A stretch of DNA of 64,000 bases, taken from positions 192,001-256,000 of the forward strand of contig CAWGMQ010000005.1 in the NCBI GenBank assembly GCA_963823665.1, read 5' to 3'. The translations under genes were made by a program, and so were the position numbers. This DNA is from an uncultured Planctomycetota bacterium (lineage in GTDB: Bacteria; Planctomycetota; Planctomycetia; Isosphaerales; Isosphaeraceae). Shown here piece after piece: positions 51,701-64,000 of the stretch (its first letter is position 1; each line of letters begins with the position of its first letter). A model generated the notes under the pieces. It made no database searches. It saw only the letters and a list, made by a program, of their open reading frames with translations, and was not told the DNA's origin.

Positions 51701-54700
51701 ATTCGGAAACCACAACGACTCCATAACCATCGACACGGCCCCGAACAATACGATCGGCGGCTTGACCAGCACGCCCGGCGTCGGGCCCGGCAACGTGCTG
51801 TCCGCAGCGACGGGAGGAAGCGGCGTCTTCATCTATGGAACCTCTGGCACCGGCAACCTGGTCGAGGGCAACCTGATCGGCACGAATGCCAACGGCACTG
51901 CCGCCCTGGGAAACGTCCTTGACGGTGTCGCCCTTTACGCCGCTCCGGGAAACACGATCGGCGGCACTGCGTCAGGCGCGGCGAACGTCATCTCCGGCAA
52001 TGCACCATACGGCGTCTGGATCACTAGCACCGGCGCCACGGGCAACCTGGTCGCGGGCAATGACATCGGCACCGACATCACGCGCACCGTGGCGATTGCC
52101 AACGCCGTAGGCGTGGAGATCGATACCGGCGCCTCCGGTAACACAATCGGCGGAAATTCAACCGGTGCGCGGAACATCATTTCGGGCAATACGGACGACG
52201 GCGTGGAACTGAGCGGCTCAGGTACAACCGGAAACGTGGTGGCCGCCAATTACATCGGTACTGGCGCAACCGGAACGACCTCGATTGCCAACGGCACGGT
52301 CTTTGTCACCGACCCGAGCGGAAATGATACCAACGGTGGCGTGTTGATCGCCAGCGGCGCCAGCGGCAATCTGATCGGGACCTCCGGAGAGGACGGGACC
52401 AACGACGCCCTCGAACGAAATGTCATCTCGGGAAATGGGTTCACCGCGCTCGTCATTGACGGCGCGGCAACGACCGGCAACGTAGTCGCCGGCAATTATC
52501 TGGGGACGACCCCGTCCGGCGAATCGGGTCTGAGCAACGGCATCTATGGCGACGGAGTCGATCTCGTCTCCGGAGCGCACGGCAACTGGATCGGGGTCAA
52601 CTCGGTTTACGGAGCGGAGACTGCCGACCAGGGCAATCTCATCTCGGGAAATAACGGCAGCTTCTCCGTCGGCATCTACATCGACCCCACCGCCACCGGC
52701 AACGTCGTCGCCGGCAACTCAATCGGCACCGACTCGAGCGGAGCCAGCTCGATTCCAAACACCGTGGGCATTGACATCCTGGGGCCGTCGAACCTGATTG
52801 GTACGTCAGGCCAGCACGGTGCCGCTGATGCCCTCGAGAGAAACATCATTTCGGGAAGTTTGCAGCAGGGAATCGAGATCACCGATTCCACCGCAAGCGG
52901 CAACGTCGTCGCCGGCAACCTGATCGGCACCAATGCCAGCGGCACCGCCGCGCTAGCCAACAGCGTCGGCTTGCTCTTGGGCGACGGTGCGACGGCCAAC
53001 ACGATTGGCGGAAACGTCACCAGTGCGCCCAACATCATCTCCGGCAATACGGGTGACGGCGTGCAGATCACCGGCGCGAACACGACCGCCAACGTGGTCG
53101 CCGGAAACCTGATCGGTACGAGCGCCTCCGGATCGTCGGCGCTGGGCAATGCCAACGACGGCGTGGAGATCGATGGCGCCCCGAGCAACTCGATCGGTGG
53201 TGTATCGAGCCCATCCCGCAACGTGATCTCTGGCAACGCCAACTGGGGCATCTTCGTAACCGGCAGTGGTGCCACCGGCAACCAGATCAAGGGGAATTAC
53301 ATTGGACTCGAAGCCAACGGCACTGCCGCGCTGGGTAATGGTCTCTCGGGGATTCTGATTGCAGGCGGCTCTTACAACACAATCGGGGGAACGGCCAGCG
53401 GCGCCCGCAACGTGGTCTCCGGGAACCGAAATCACGGGATACAAATCGGGATCTCCAGCAACAACGTCGTGCAGGGGAACTATGTCGGCACCGATGTAAG
53501 CGGCACCTTGAATCTGGGAAACTCGGGCGCCGGCGTTGTGCTCGGGACCGGCGGGCCGACCGGAGGCGCAACAAGCAACCTCGTCGGCGGCAGCGTCCCC
53601 GGGGCGGGCAACTTGATCTCGGGCAATGGCTGGGTGGGCGTGCTGATCTTGGACTCAGGCACACAGTCCAATATCGTCGCCGGCAATTCGATCGGCACCG
53701 ATGTCAGCGGCTCGCATGCGCTCGGCAACGCGCAGGGCGGCATCTTGATCGAATCCGGCGCCTCGAGCAACACGATCGGCGGCACAACCGCCGGCGCCGG
53801 CAACGTGATCTCCGGCAACGTTGGCGTCGGCGTCGAGATCACCGGCCCGACATCAACCCACAACGTCGTCGCGGGCAACTGGATCGGCACCAACTCCACC
53901 GGCACCGCCGCACTCGGCAACGCCGGCGACGGCGTTTTGATCGATCAATCCTCGGCCGACACGATCGGTGGGACCTCGACCGGGGCCGGCAATCTCATCT
54001 CCGGCAACACGAGCGGCGTGGAGCTGAGCGACGCCACTGCCAACCTCGTCCAGGGAAACCTGATCGGCCTGGACCAGACGGGCACACACGCCCTCGGCAA
54101 CAGCGGGGCCGGAGTCCTCCTCGACGCCGGTTCCTCGTCCAACACGATCGGCGGGGCCTCAGGTGGTGCGCGCAACTTCATCTCGGGGAATGCGGAAGGA
54201 GTGATGGTGACCGGCGCGGCCACCACGGACACCTTGATCGCGGGGAATTTCATCGGCACCGACGTCAAAGGGGCCGTCGCGGTGGGCAACCTCACCGCCG
54301 GCATCGACCTCGCCGGCGGCACGTTCACGACCATCGGCGGAACGACCGCATTGGCCCGCAACCTGATCTCGGGTAACCACGGCGACGGCCTCGACGTCGG
54401 CAGCGGCGGCGCAAACACGCTGATCGAGGGCAATGACGTCGGGATCGACGAGACCGGAGCGAAGTCACTCGGCAACGGCGGCGACGGACTTTCGATCGAT
54501 GCCGCGCCGGGCACCACCATCGGCGGCACGGTCCACGCCGCCGGCAACGTGATCTCCGGTAACGCGCAGGCCGGCCTCTTGATCGAGGGCGCGGCCAGTC
54601 CGGCGCCTCTGGTCCTGGGCAACCGGATCGGCAGCGACAATTCCGCCACGACCGCAATCGGCAACGGCACGTTCGGCATCATGTTGAACGCCGCGACCGG

Positions 54701-57700
54701 CGTCACGATCGGCGGCATCTCGGCCGGCGACCAGAACATCATTTCCGGCAACTCCGGTGCGGGCATCGGGCTCTACGCGGGCACGACCGGCACCCTGGTG
54801 CAAGGCAACCTGATCGGCACCGACGATACCGGCGCAAATCCCCTCGGCAACGCAACCGGCATCCAGCTCGACGGCGGGTCGTCAAACAACACCATCGGCG
54901 GTACCACCTCGGTCGCCGGCAATACCATCGCCTTTTCGGCGGGCATCGGCGTCGATGTCGACGCCACCGCCGGGGCCGGCAACGCGATCCGGCTCAACTC
55001 GATCTTCTCCAACACGGCCCTGGGCATCGACCTGGGCGGAAACGGCGTGACCTTGAACAACTCGGTGCCGCACACCGGGCCCAACGAACACCAGAACTTC
55101 CCCGTCATCAACGCCGTGACGAGCGCAGGAGGCACGACCACCGTAGCCGGCACCTTTAGCAGCACGCCAAGCACAGATTTTGCGATCGACTTTTACACGC
55201 TCTCGTCAACGAACGCGTCGGGCTTTGGCGAGGGGCGGTTCGTCCTCGGCTCGGCGATGCTCGCGACCGACGCTTCGGGCAATGCCACCTTCTCTTTCCC
55301 GTTCCCGACCCCTGCCGGCGGGGCGCAGTTTGTGACGACGACGGCCACGGACCCGAGCGGAAACACTTCGGAATTCTCCCAGGAGTTCGGTATCGACGTC
55401 GCGCCGACGGCGCGGATCAGCTTCACTACCCTGACGGTCAAAGTCGGCGAGCCGGTCAGCTTCGAAGCCTCGGCCTCGACCAGTCCCCTAGGCGACCCCC
55501 TGTCCTACGCCTGGACATTCGGCGATGGAACCGCGGCGACGGGCGCCGCTCCGACCCACACTTATCTGGCGCCCGGGACGGACCACGTCACCTTGACGGT
55601 CAACGACGGCTTTGGCGGGATTTCAACCGCGACGGCCACCATCGCCGTGGTCGACGTGCCGCCGGTTTTCACCCCGAGCTTGTTCACACCGCCGCTCACT
55701 TTCACCACCACCGCGCCCGGCAACGGCTTCGGAACGTCCGTCGCCTCGGTCGACGGCAACGTTGCGATCGGCGCCCCGTCCGCGGATAGCACCGGCGCAG
55801 TCTACCTCTTCGACGGCGTCCCCACCGACGACGGTGTCTCTTCAACCTATGTTTACGGCGCGCTCATTCACACCTTCGCTGACCCGAGCCCCGCGCCTGG
55901 CGACGACTTCGGCGCGTCGCTGGCGGTCGTCGGCAATGAGCTCGTGGTCGGGGCGCCCGGTAGCTCGCGTTCCGGGTCGGGCAACGGCGTGGCCTACGTT
56001 TTCGATGCCAATCCCGACAGCACGACCTTCGGCAATCTCCTGGCAACCCTTTCGATCCCTGACCCCGACGCCCAGGCTCACGCGCAGTTCGGCGCCTCGG
56101 TCGGCACCACCAACACCAATATCGTGATCGGCGCTCCGGGGAAGGACGGCGGCCGGGGCGAGATCTACGAATTCCAGGGCGACACGACCCAGGCGAATTT
56201 CGGCGACTTGCTGCTCAAGGTCGCCAACCCGGGCCCCGCCCCCGGAGCACAGTTCGGCGCGGCCATTGCCGGTCTCGGAGACAACGTGATCGCGGCAGCC
56301 CCCTCGGCCGGCACGCCACAGCCGGGCGCCTTCGGAATGGTCTATCTGTTCGACGGCACGACGGGGTCCCTGCTCAGCTCGATCGCCAACCCCAACGAAT
56401 CGAGCGGCTTCGGCTCGTCGGTTGCGTCCGTCGGGGCCAACATCGTGATCGGTTCGCCGTTCGACGACACCGCGGGCCCGGGCGCCGGCGCCGCGTTCCT
56501 TTACAACGCTTCGGGCGGCTCGCTCACGACGTTCGTCCAGCCCGACGACGGCGGCGGCGGTTTCGGCGCCGCGGTGGCCGGTACGGACAACACGGCCTTG
56601 ATCGGCGCCCCGGGCGCCACGCTCGGCACTCGGTCAGCCGGCGCGGCCTATCTCTTCGATGCCGATCCCACGAGTCCGACATTCGGCCAGGCCATCGCCG
56701 CGGTGCAAGAGCCCACGCCCAGGTCGGGCGACCTGTTCGGTGCCGCTCTCGGCTTTGACTACGGGGCCGTGATCGCCGGCGCTGCGGCCGCCGGAGGCAC
56801 CGGGGCCGAAGCCGTCGATCTGTATCAGCCCGGTGCCCTCGTGAGTGCCTCGTCCGTCACGACCTACGCCGCGGCCGCGCCCTACGACTCGGTGATCCTC
56901 AGCAGCACGTTCATGGATGCCAATCCCAGCGCCGCGCTGACGGCCTCGATCAACTGGGGCGACGGCTCTGTCCCGACCGTGCTCGATCTCCCGGCCGGTT
57001 CCTACGCCTTTTCCGCCCCGCACGACTACACGACCGACGCGGCGGCGCGTTTCAACATCGGCGTGACCTTGACCGACGGCAGCGGCGCATCCGCCTTCGC
57101 CCAGACAACCGTCGCCATCAACGACCCGTCCCCAGAGTTTGCCGCACCCGGCCTTGTCCTCTCGTCATCCAGCATCAATGAGAACGACCCGGTAACGGTC
57201 AGTGGAACCATCTTGAGCCCCAGCGACATCCACACCAACACAGTCGTGGTCGACTGGGGTGACGGATCGACCGACTCCACGATCGTTCTCCCCCCGGGCG
57301 ACGACACATTCAGCGCCCCACACACGTACCTGAATAGCCCGCCTGGCACCGCGTCCGGCAGCTTTGCGATCAACGCTTCGGTGACCAACGAGGAAGGCAA
57401 GGCCGGCACCGCATCGACCAGCATCATCGTCAACAAGGTGCCCCCGCAATTCACCGCGGCGGACATGAGCCTGTCTGAGCCCGTCGCCACCGGGGGTGAC
57501 ACGATCACCCTGGATGGCCAGTTCACGGACCCCGGCACGCTCGAATCGCATACGGTGACGATCAACTGGGGCGACGGCTCGGCGCCGACCGTGCTCCTCG
57601 AGTTGCTCGGCCAGGTCGTCGCCTCGACCGCGCCGGGCCTCTATACCTTCTCGGCCGCGCACCAGTATTTGAACAATCCACCTGGCGCGCTGGCCGAAGC

Positions 57701-60700
57701 GACTGACGACATCCACGTCTCTGTATCAGACGCCGTGAGTACAACGTCGGCCGCCAAGTCCATCGTGGTGAAGAACGCGACTCCCACCGTCCGGATCTCT
57801 AGCGCCGGCTATCTTGGCTCGGCAACGATCGCCCTGACCGCCGTCGTCACCAACCCGGGTGTCCCTGGCACCGAGACCCTGGCCTGGTCGCTGACTCAGA
57901 ACGGCATCGTGATTGCCACGGCGACGACCCCGACGTTCACGTTCGCGGTCCCCGACCCGATCGGAGTGCTGGTGGCAGCCGCCACGGCCACCGACAGCGA
58001 CGGAGGCACCGGCAGCGACAGCGCGCAGATCGTCGTGATCCCCCAGTCCAGTTCTTCAGTGCTCATCACACCAGCCGGCATCTCGATCTCGACCGGCGGG
58101 GGCCCGGCCTCGATCATTCCCACGGCCGGCGCAAACGAGGTCCTCGCCGAGATCGACGGGTCGCACGACCGGGTCGACGCAAGCGCCATGAACGACCCCG
58201 TCGAGCTCGACGGCTACGGCGGCAACGAGACACTCAAGAGCGGTGCGGGAAATGACCTTCTGGTCGCGGGCCCCGGCGCGAACAGCTTGGTCGCCGGCAG
58301 CGGCGCGGACACGCTGGTCTCGAACCAGGGTAACGACTCGCTCTATGGCGGCACCGGCAACGACCTCTTCGTCATCAATCCTGGGCCCGACCCCCTCGTC
58401 GTGGGCGGTACCGCGCAGAACACCCTCGACTTCTCGATCTCCTCCGTCGAGATTTCGATCAACCTCAATCTGGAAAGCGGACAAACACAGTTCGTCGCCT
58501 CGAGCGGAGGAGTCGAATACGTCGTGACCCTCGTGGGCAATTTTGACGGTTTTATTGGCTCGTCGCACGGCGATAACGTCACGCTCAACAACGATAACGA
58601 CCTCGTTTACGCCGGGTCCGGCAACAACACCATCACCGGAGGGGCGGGAAACAGCACGATCATCGGCGGAGCAGGCAACGACCTCATCTATACCACCACC
58701 GGCAACACAACGATCTCCGGAGGCAGCGGTCACGATTCGATCGTCGGCGGCAGCGGCAACGACATCATTTACGGCGGCTCGGGTTCGTTGACCTTGACCA
58801 GCGGCAGCGGCAGCGAATCGATCGTCGGCGGATCGGGTGACGACGTCATCTACGGCGGCTCCGGCAACATCACACTCACGGGCGGCAGCGGCAACAACTC
58901 GATCACCGGCGGCGCGGGCAACGACATCCTCTATGGCGGGTCGGGCAACACGACGCTGACGGGAGGTGGCGGAAACAGCACGATCGTCGGCGGCACCGGC
59001 AACGACATCATCTACGGCGGTGCAAGCTCGAGCAGCTTGTCAGGCGGCTCGGGCAACGTTTCGATCTACGGCGGCTCCGGCAACGACATCATCTACGGCG
59101 GCGCGGGCTCGAACACGATCACCGGCGGCAGCGGCAACGACTCGATCACGGGCGGCTCCGGCAACGACATCATCTATGGCGGCTCAGGCAACACCACGAT
59201 CACAGGCGCCGGCGGCAACGACACGTTGATCGGCGGCACCGGCAACGACGTCATCTTCGGCGGCGCGAGCTCGAACACCTTGACCGGCGGCTCCGGCGGC
59301 GAATCCATCCTGGGCGGCAGCGGCAACGACATCATCTTTGGCGGCGCGGGCGCGAATACGATCACCGGCGGCACCGGCAACGACTCGATCACGGGCGGCA
59401 CCGGCGACAACATCATTTACGGCGGCACCGGCGACACCACGATCATCGGCAGCGCGGGAAACAACACCATCGTCGGCGGATCCGGCAACGACATCATCTA
59501 TATCACCACCCTTAACTCGACGATCTCGAGCGGTGGTGGTCACGATTCGATCACCGGCGGCAGCGGCAACGACATTATCTACGGCGGCGCGGGCTCGAAC
59601 ACGATCACTGGTGGCAGCGGCAACGACTCGATCACCGGCGGCTCCGGCAATGACATCATCTACGGCGGCTCAGGCAACACCACGATCACAGGCGCCGGCG
59701 GCAACGATACCTTGATCGGCGGCTACGGCAACGACTTCATCTACGGCGGCGCGAGCACGAGCACCTTGACCGGCGGCGGTGCCGGTGAATCCATCGTCGG
59801 CGGCAGCGGCAACGATATCATCTACGGCGGCGCGGGCTCGGACACCATCACCGGCGGCTCCGGCAACGACTCAATCACCGGCGGCAGCGGCAATGACACC
59901 ATCTACGGCGGCTCAGGCAACACCACGATCACAGGCGCCGGCGGCAACAACTCGATCACGGGCGGCTCGGGCAACGACATCATCTACGCCATTGCCGGCG
60001 ACAATACCCTCACCGGCGGCTCGGGCGATGACACGATCTTTGGCGGCAGCGCCAATGACACCATCTACGGCGGCACCGGCAACGCCACGATCGTCGGCGG
60101 CCAGGGCTCTGACTCGATCGCCGGCGGCTCGGGCAATGACATCATCTTCGGCGGCACCCTGGCGAGCACCTTGACCGGCGGCAGCGGCAACGACTCGATC
60201 TTCGGCAGCAACGGCAACGACATCATTTACGGCGGCACCGGCAATACCACGATCACCGGCGGCACCGGCAACGACTCGATCACCGGCGGCACCGGCAACG
60301 ACATCATCTACGGTGGGCCAGGATACAACACGATTTCCGGCGGCGGGGGCAACGTCACCATCGTCGGCGGCGTGGGCTACGACTCGAACCTGGGCGGCGG
60401 CACGAGCGACACGATCTTCGCCACCAACGGCAACGACGTGCTCGAGGGTAGCGGCTTCGATTCGTGGCTGATGGATTTTGGCTCGCAGAACATGACGCTC
60501 TCCGACACAACCCTCTCGACCTCCGGCGGGGGCTTGCCCGCGTCGGTCTCGACTCTGAGCGGCTTCCAGAACGTGCTGCTCGCGGCTGGAAGCGGCGACT
60601 TCACTCTCGACGCCTCGGCCTTCTCCGGCGGCGCCATCCTGCAGGGCGGAACCGGCAACGACACCCTGATCGGCTCGCGCGGACCCGACACCCTGGAAGG

Positions 60701-63700
60701 TGGCACCGGCAACGATTCGCTCTCTGGCGGCGGCGGGGGCGATACCTTCGCGTTCAACAGCTATTCGAGCGGCAGCCAGACGATCTACGAGCCCCCGGGA
60801 GGCGCCGCAGCCTGGCTCGACTTCTCCCAGGCCCCCGCCGGAGTCTCGATCAATTTATCCGACTCCGCGCCCCAGGCCGTGATGCCGGCCACGCTGAACA
60901 ACGGCCCGCTCACCCTGACGCTGGCCGACCCGCTCGGCATCGACAACGTGCTGGGAAGCTCATACAACGACACCTTGATCGGCAACGCGAACGACAACAC
61001 CTTGATCGGCGGCGGCGGCGACGACCTGATCGCCGGCCTGGGGGGCAACGACGTCCTCGATGGGGGCGTCACCCGGACGGTCTTCCTCGACTTCAACACC
61101 GACGAGCTCCCCGGCCAGCACGTCTATACCCCGACCGAGCGCGACGAGATCCAGGCCCAGCTCGAGGCCGACTACGCCGACTTCTCCTACACCTTCAGCC
61201 AGACGGCCCCGCAGTCGGGGCCCTATACCACGATCACCTTCAACGACCCGGTGCTGGTCGGCCTCGAAGGAGGAGTCGCCAGCGAGATCGACTGGCGCAA
61301 TCTCGACATCTCGGGCACCGCCACGCTCTCGGCCGCGGGCCTGGTGGTCGTCCCGGCCGATTCCGGCGGGGTGAACGTCAATAACTTCCTGGGCGGGCCC
61401 GGCGAGCCCGCCGCGACGAGCTCCGACTTCGTCGGCCTCTCGGCCACGATCGCCGCCCACGAGCTCGGCCACCTCTCCGGCCTCCAGCACGGCGACTCCT
61501 ACGGACCGATCGGCTCCGGCATCTTTGACGCCGTGAGCCCCGGCCTCTACAATCCGGCTTATCCCGGCCCCACCGATGCGAACGAGACGATCCTGCACAT
61601 CATGGCCTCCGGCGACTCGGTGCACTCGACCCTCTACGACGCGATTAACAACCCGTTCTTCGGCGAGCGCGAAGCGATCAAGCTCGCGTTTGGCGAAGAT
61701 GGTTCACCCACCAACGAACAGCTCGCGCCGCATAACGCGATGATCGATGCCCAGCCGCTGGTGCTTGCGCCCCTGGTCGTGCCCAACACCGACCTCCAGG
61801 GCACAAACGCCGACACGGTCTGGGACGTCACCGCCGCCGATGTCGTCGGCTACCTTGGGGAGACAAACGGAGCATCGAACACCGACTTTTATTCCTTCAC
61901 CGCTAGCGCCGGCACGTTGATCAACTTCCAGCTCATGTCGGTACTCCTCACACGCACCCTGGCGCCTGCCGGCACCGCCCCGAATGACTTTAACCAAGGG
62001 CCTTTCGATACTTACCTGGCGATTTTTAACTCAAGCGGCCAGGTGATCGCCTCGAACGATGACTCGTTTCAGGACGCCGACTCCACGATCATCGACCTGA
62101 CCCTTCCCTACTCCGGCACCTACTACGCGATGGTGACCTCTTCCCCCAAATCGGCATCACTGGGCGAGCCGCTTACCGGAGACTACGAGCTCTTCATGTA
62201 CACCTTCGCCACCGGCAGCGACCCGCCGGCAGGCGACACGATGTACGCCGGCTCCGGCAACGACACGATCATCGCCGGTACGGGCGACGACACCATCGTC
62301 GCCAAGCAACCCCAGGACACGATCCTCTTTGGGTCGGGCGCACCGATCTTCGCGAGCAAGGCCCCCTACCTGGACGTCTCCGCCGGGCCCGACCAGGTCG
62401 TGAATGAGGGCGCCACCGTCAACCTGACCGGCTCATTCATCGACCCCTCCGACACGGACACGCATACCTTCGACTGGCACGTAGTCGCATCGAACGGCCA
62501 GTCCATTCCGGACGGCACTGGCCCCACGTTCTCATTCAGCCCCGGAGACGCCGGGACCTACTCTGTCTCATTCACCGTCTCGGATCAAAACGGCGGCAAG
62601 TCGAGCGCGGTCGTGCAGATCACGTCCAGCGCCGTCCAACCGGTTCTGATCCCCCCTGCCACGCCACAGAATGGCGTTGCGGGGAAGAGCACTCAATTTG
62701 ATCTGGGCGCCCTCACGGTCCAGGGCGTCGGCCCCTTCACGGTGACCGTCCAGTGGGGCGACGGCCAATCGTCGAGCTTCTCCCCCGCGGGCTCCGGCCC
62801 CCTGTCAGCGAGTCATACGTACGGGCAGGAAGGTTCCTACACAGTCACCGAAACGGTCACCGATTTCGACGGTACCTCGACAAGCCTGACCATCCTGGAT
62901 CTGGCTGTGATCGCAGAGTCCCTGACCATCGCCTCGATCGCGACCGTCTCGCCCAACCCGCGGAACACGGCCGTCTCGGGCGTCAGCGTCGCCTTCAGCG
63001 TGCCGATCAATTTGAGCAGCCTGACAGCCGGCGCCTTGACCCTGACGGACAACAACGGGCCCAACCTGATCACGAGCGCCGTCAAGATGAGCCTGGTCTC
63101 GGGCTCGACCTACCAGTTGAGCGGGCTAGGTGCCCTCACCACAAGCAACGGCAACTACACCCTCACCGTGAACGCCGCCGACATCGACGATCAGTACGGC
63201 AACCCCGGGTCGGGAACCTCGTCGACTTCCTGGCTCATGGATACATCCCCCCCGACTAGCAAGGTCAATGCTCTTCCCCAGCGCGGCACCAGCCTCACTT
63301 TCCCCGTATCCGTCACCGGCGCCGACTCGGGCTCGCCGCCCTCCGGCGTCAAGTCCTACGACATTTACTCGAGTACCAACGGCGGCGCCTGGATACTCTG
63401 GACGACCGTCCCTGCCTCCAATCCCACAGCAAACTTGACGGGCCAGAGCAACACAACATACGCCTTCTACAGCATCGCCCACGACCTGGCCGGCAACACG
63501 GAAGTCAAAACACCGACAATCGAGGCCAGCACGTATCTTCCCAACCTGACCCCACCGGTCACCACGGTCGACAGCACCACCGGCGCCAACCCGAGCACAG
63601 TGAATACCGCCACTGGTACATTCACACTGAATCTAAAGGGCAGTGACCCCGGCGGCAGTGTCGTCACCTACTTCGAGGTCTTCGTCTCGATCGACTCCGC

Positions 63701-64000
63701 CCCATACACGCTCGCCACAGAACCCATACCAGCCGGCCCGGCCGACTCCTCCGGAAACGTCCACGCAACAATCCCCTACCAGGGTCTCACCGACGGCGCT
63801 CAGCACACCTACGCCTTTTACAGCATCGGCATCGACGGAGCCGGCAACACCCAGCCTGCCCCGGCAACCCCTGACCTCACGCTCACAGAAACCTTCGCAG
63901 CCGCCTCCCCAGCCCAGCTCCAGACAACCAGCTTGATCGTTGAAGACGGCGCCGTCGAGCGATCCTACATTCGGTACCTCCAAGTCGATTTCAACGAATC
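45778..64000 (+). CDS. Giant surface/adhesin-like protein (>6000 aa, 3'-incomplete): beta-helix repeats, PKD, FG-GAP, RTX-like repeats, metzincin, PPC, Ig-like; frameshift at ~47113
   Basis: LERRMMPS (LEPR-xLL type) start; adding one G to the GGGG at 47112-47115 gives YGAQGAPTTENVVAG; that frame is still the coding frame at the window end (RSYIRYLQVDFNE) and the ORF track lists no closed ORF in it. Confidence 0.85.
58230..61070 (+). repeat. RTX/hemolysin-type Ca-binding nonapeptide array (GGSGNDxIx) inside the giant gene
   Basis: Dozens of GGCGGC-AGC/TCC/ACC-GGCAACGAC units at mostly 27-30-nt spacing. Confidence 0.9.

Noticed and set aside
47414..63983. Dozens of short ORFs on both strands
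   Set aside because: Alternate-frame and antisense shadows of the single giant + strand gene.
1..64000. tRNA, rRNA or riboswitch
   Set aside because: No cloverleaf or recognisable conserved RNA motif seen by eye; an Infernal/tRNAscan run would be needed to exclude them.

Overview
GC-rich bacterial DNA that is probably from a planctomycete; an Isosphaeraceae-like origin is inferred from the ECF/Ser-Thr-kinase pairing, the DUF1592-DUF1552 operon and the LEPR-xLL-type N-terminus. No rRNA, tRNA or CRISPR array was seen. Left to right: (1) an orphan fliF-like + 'mini-fliG' pair with no other flagellar genes nearby; (2) a repeat-rich intergenic stretch; (3) a decaying accessory island (about 3.9-10.5 kb) holding a Fic gene without its catalytic core, a duplicated convergent pair (tandem winged-helix-like protein / HExxE protein), an IS630-like remnant and a Phd antitoxin with a gutted RelE/ParE toxin; (4) a compact 12-kb signalling locus: ECF sigma, exported protein, membrane Ser/Thr kinase, two exported 14-repeat WD40-caspase (C14) proteins and a stand-alone copy of the kinase ectodomain; the second WD40 array is made of near-identical 126-bp repeats that vary almost only at a few codons, as in fungal HET-E-type recognition receptors; (5) further TA remnants, an alpha/beta hydrolase, an LspA-like gene, a PAS hybrid kinase + REC-PP2C pair, Tat-signal uxuA, a truncated desaturase, a lipoprotein, an internally deleted KaiC-like ATPase + hybrid kinase, and a DUF1592-DUF1552-ankyrin operon; (6) a second ECF sigma followed by a giant (>6000 codons, running off the window end) surface protein with beta-helix, PKD, FG-GAP, RTX-like, metzincin and PPC modules. 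About nine frameshifts of 1-2 nt, most in otherwise intact genes, suggest uncorrected assembly indels, so frameshift-based pseudogene calls are tentative. All family assignments come from motif recognition by eye, not from database searches.
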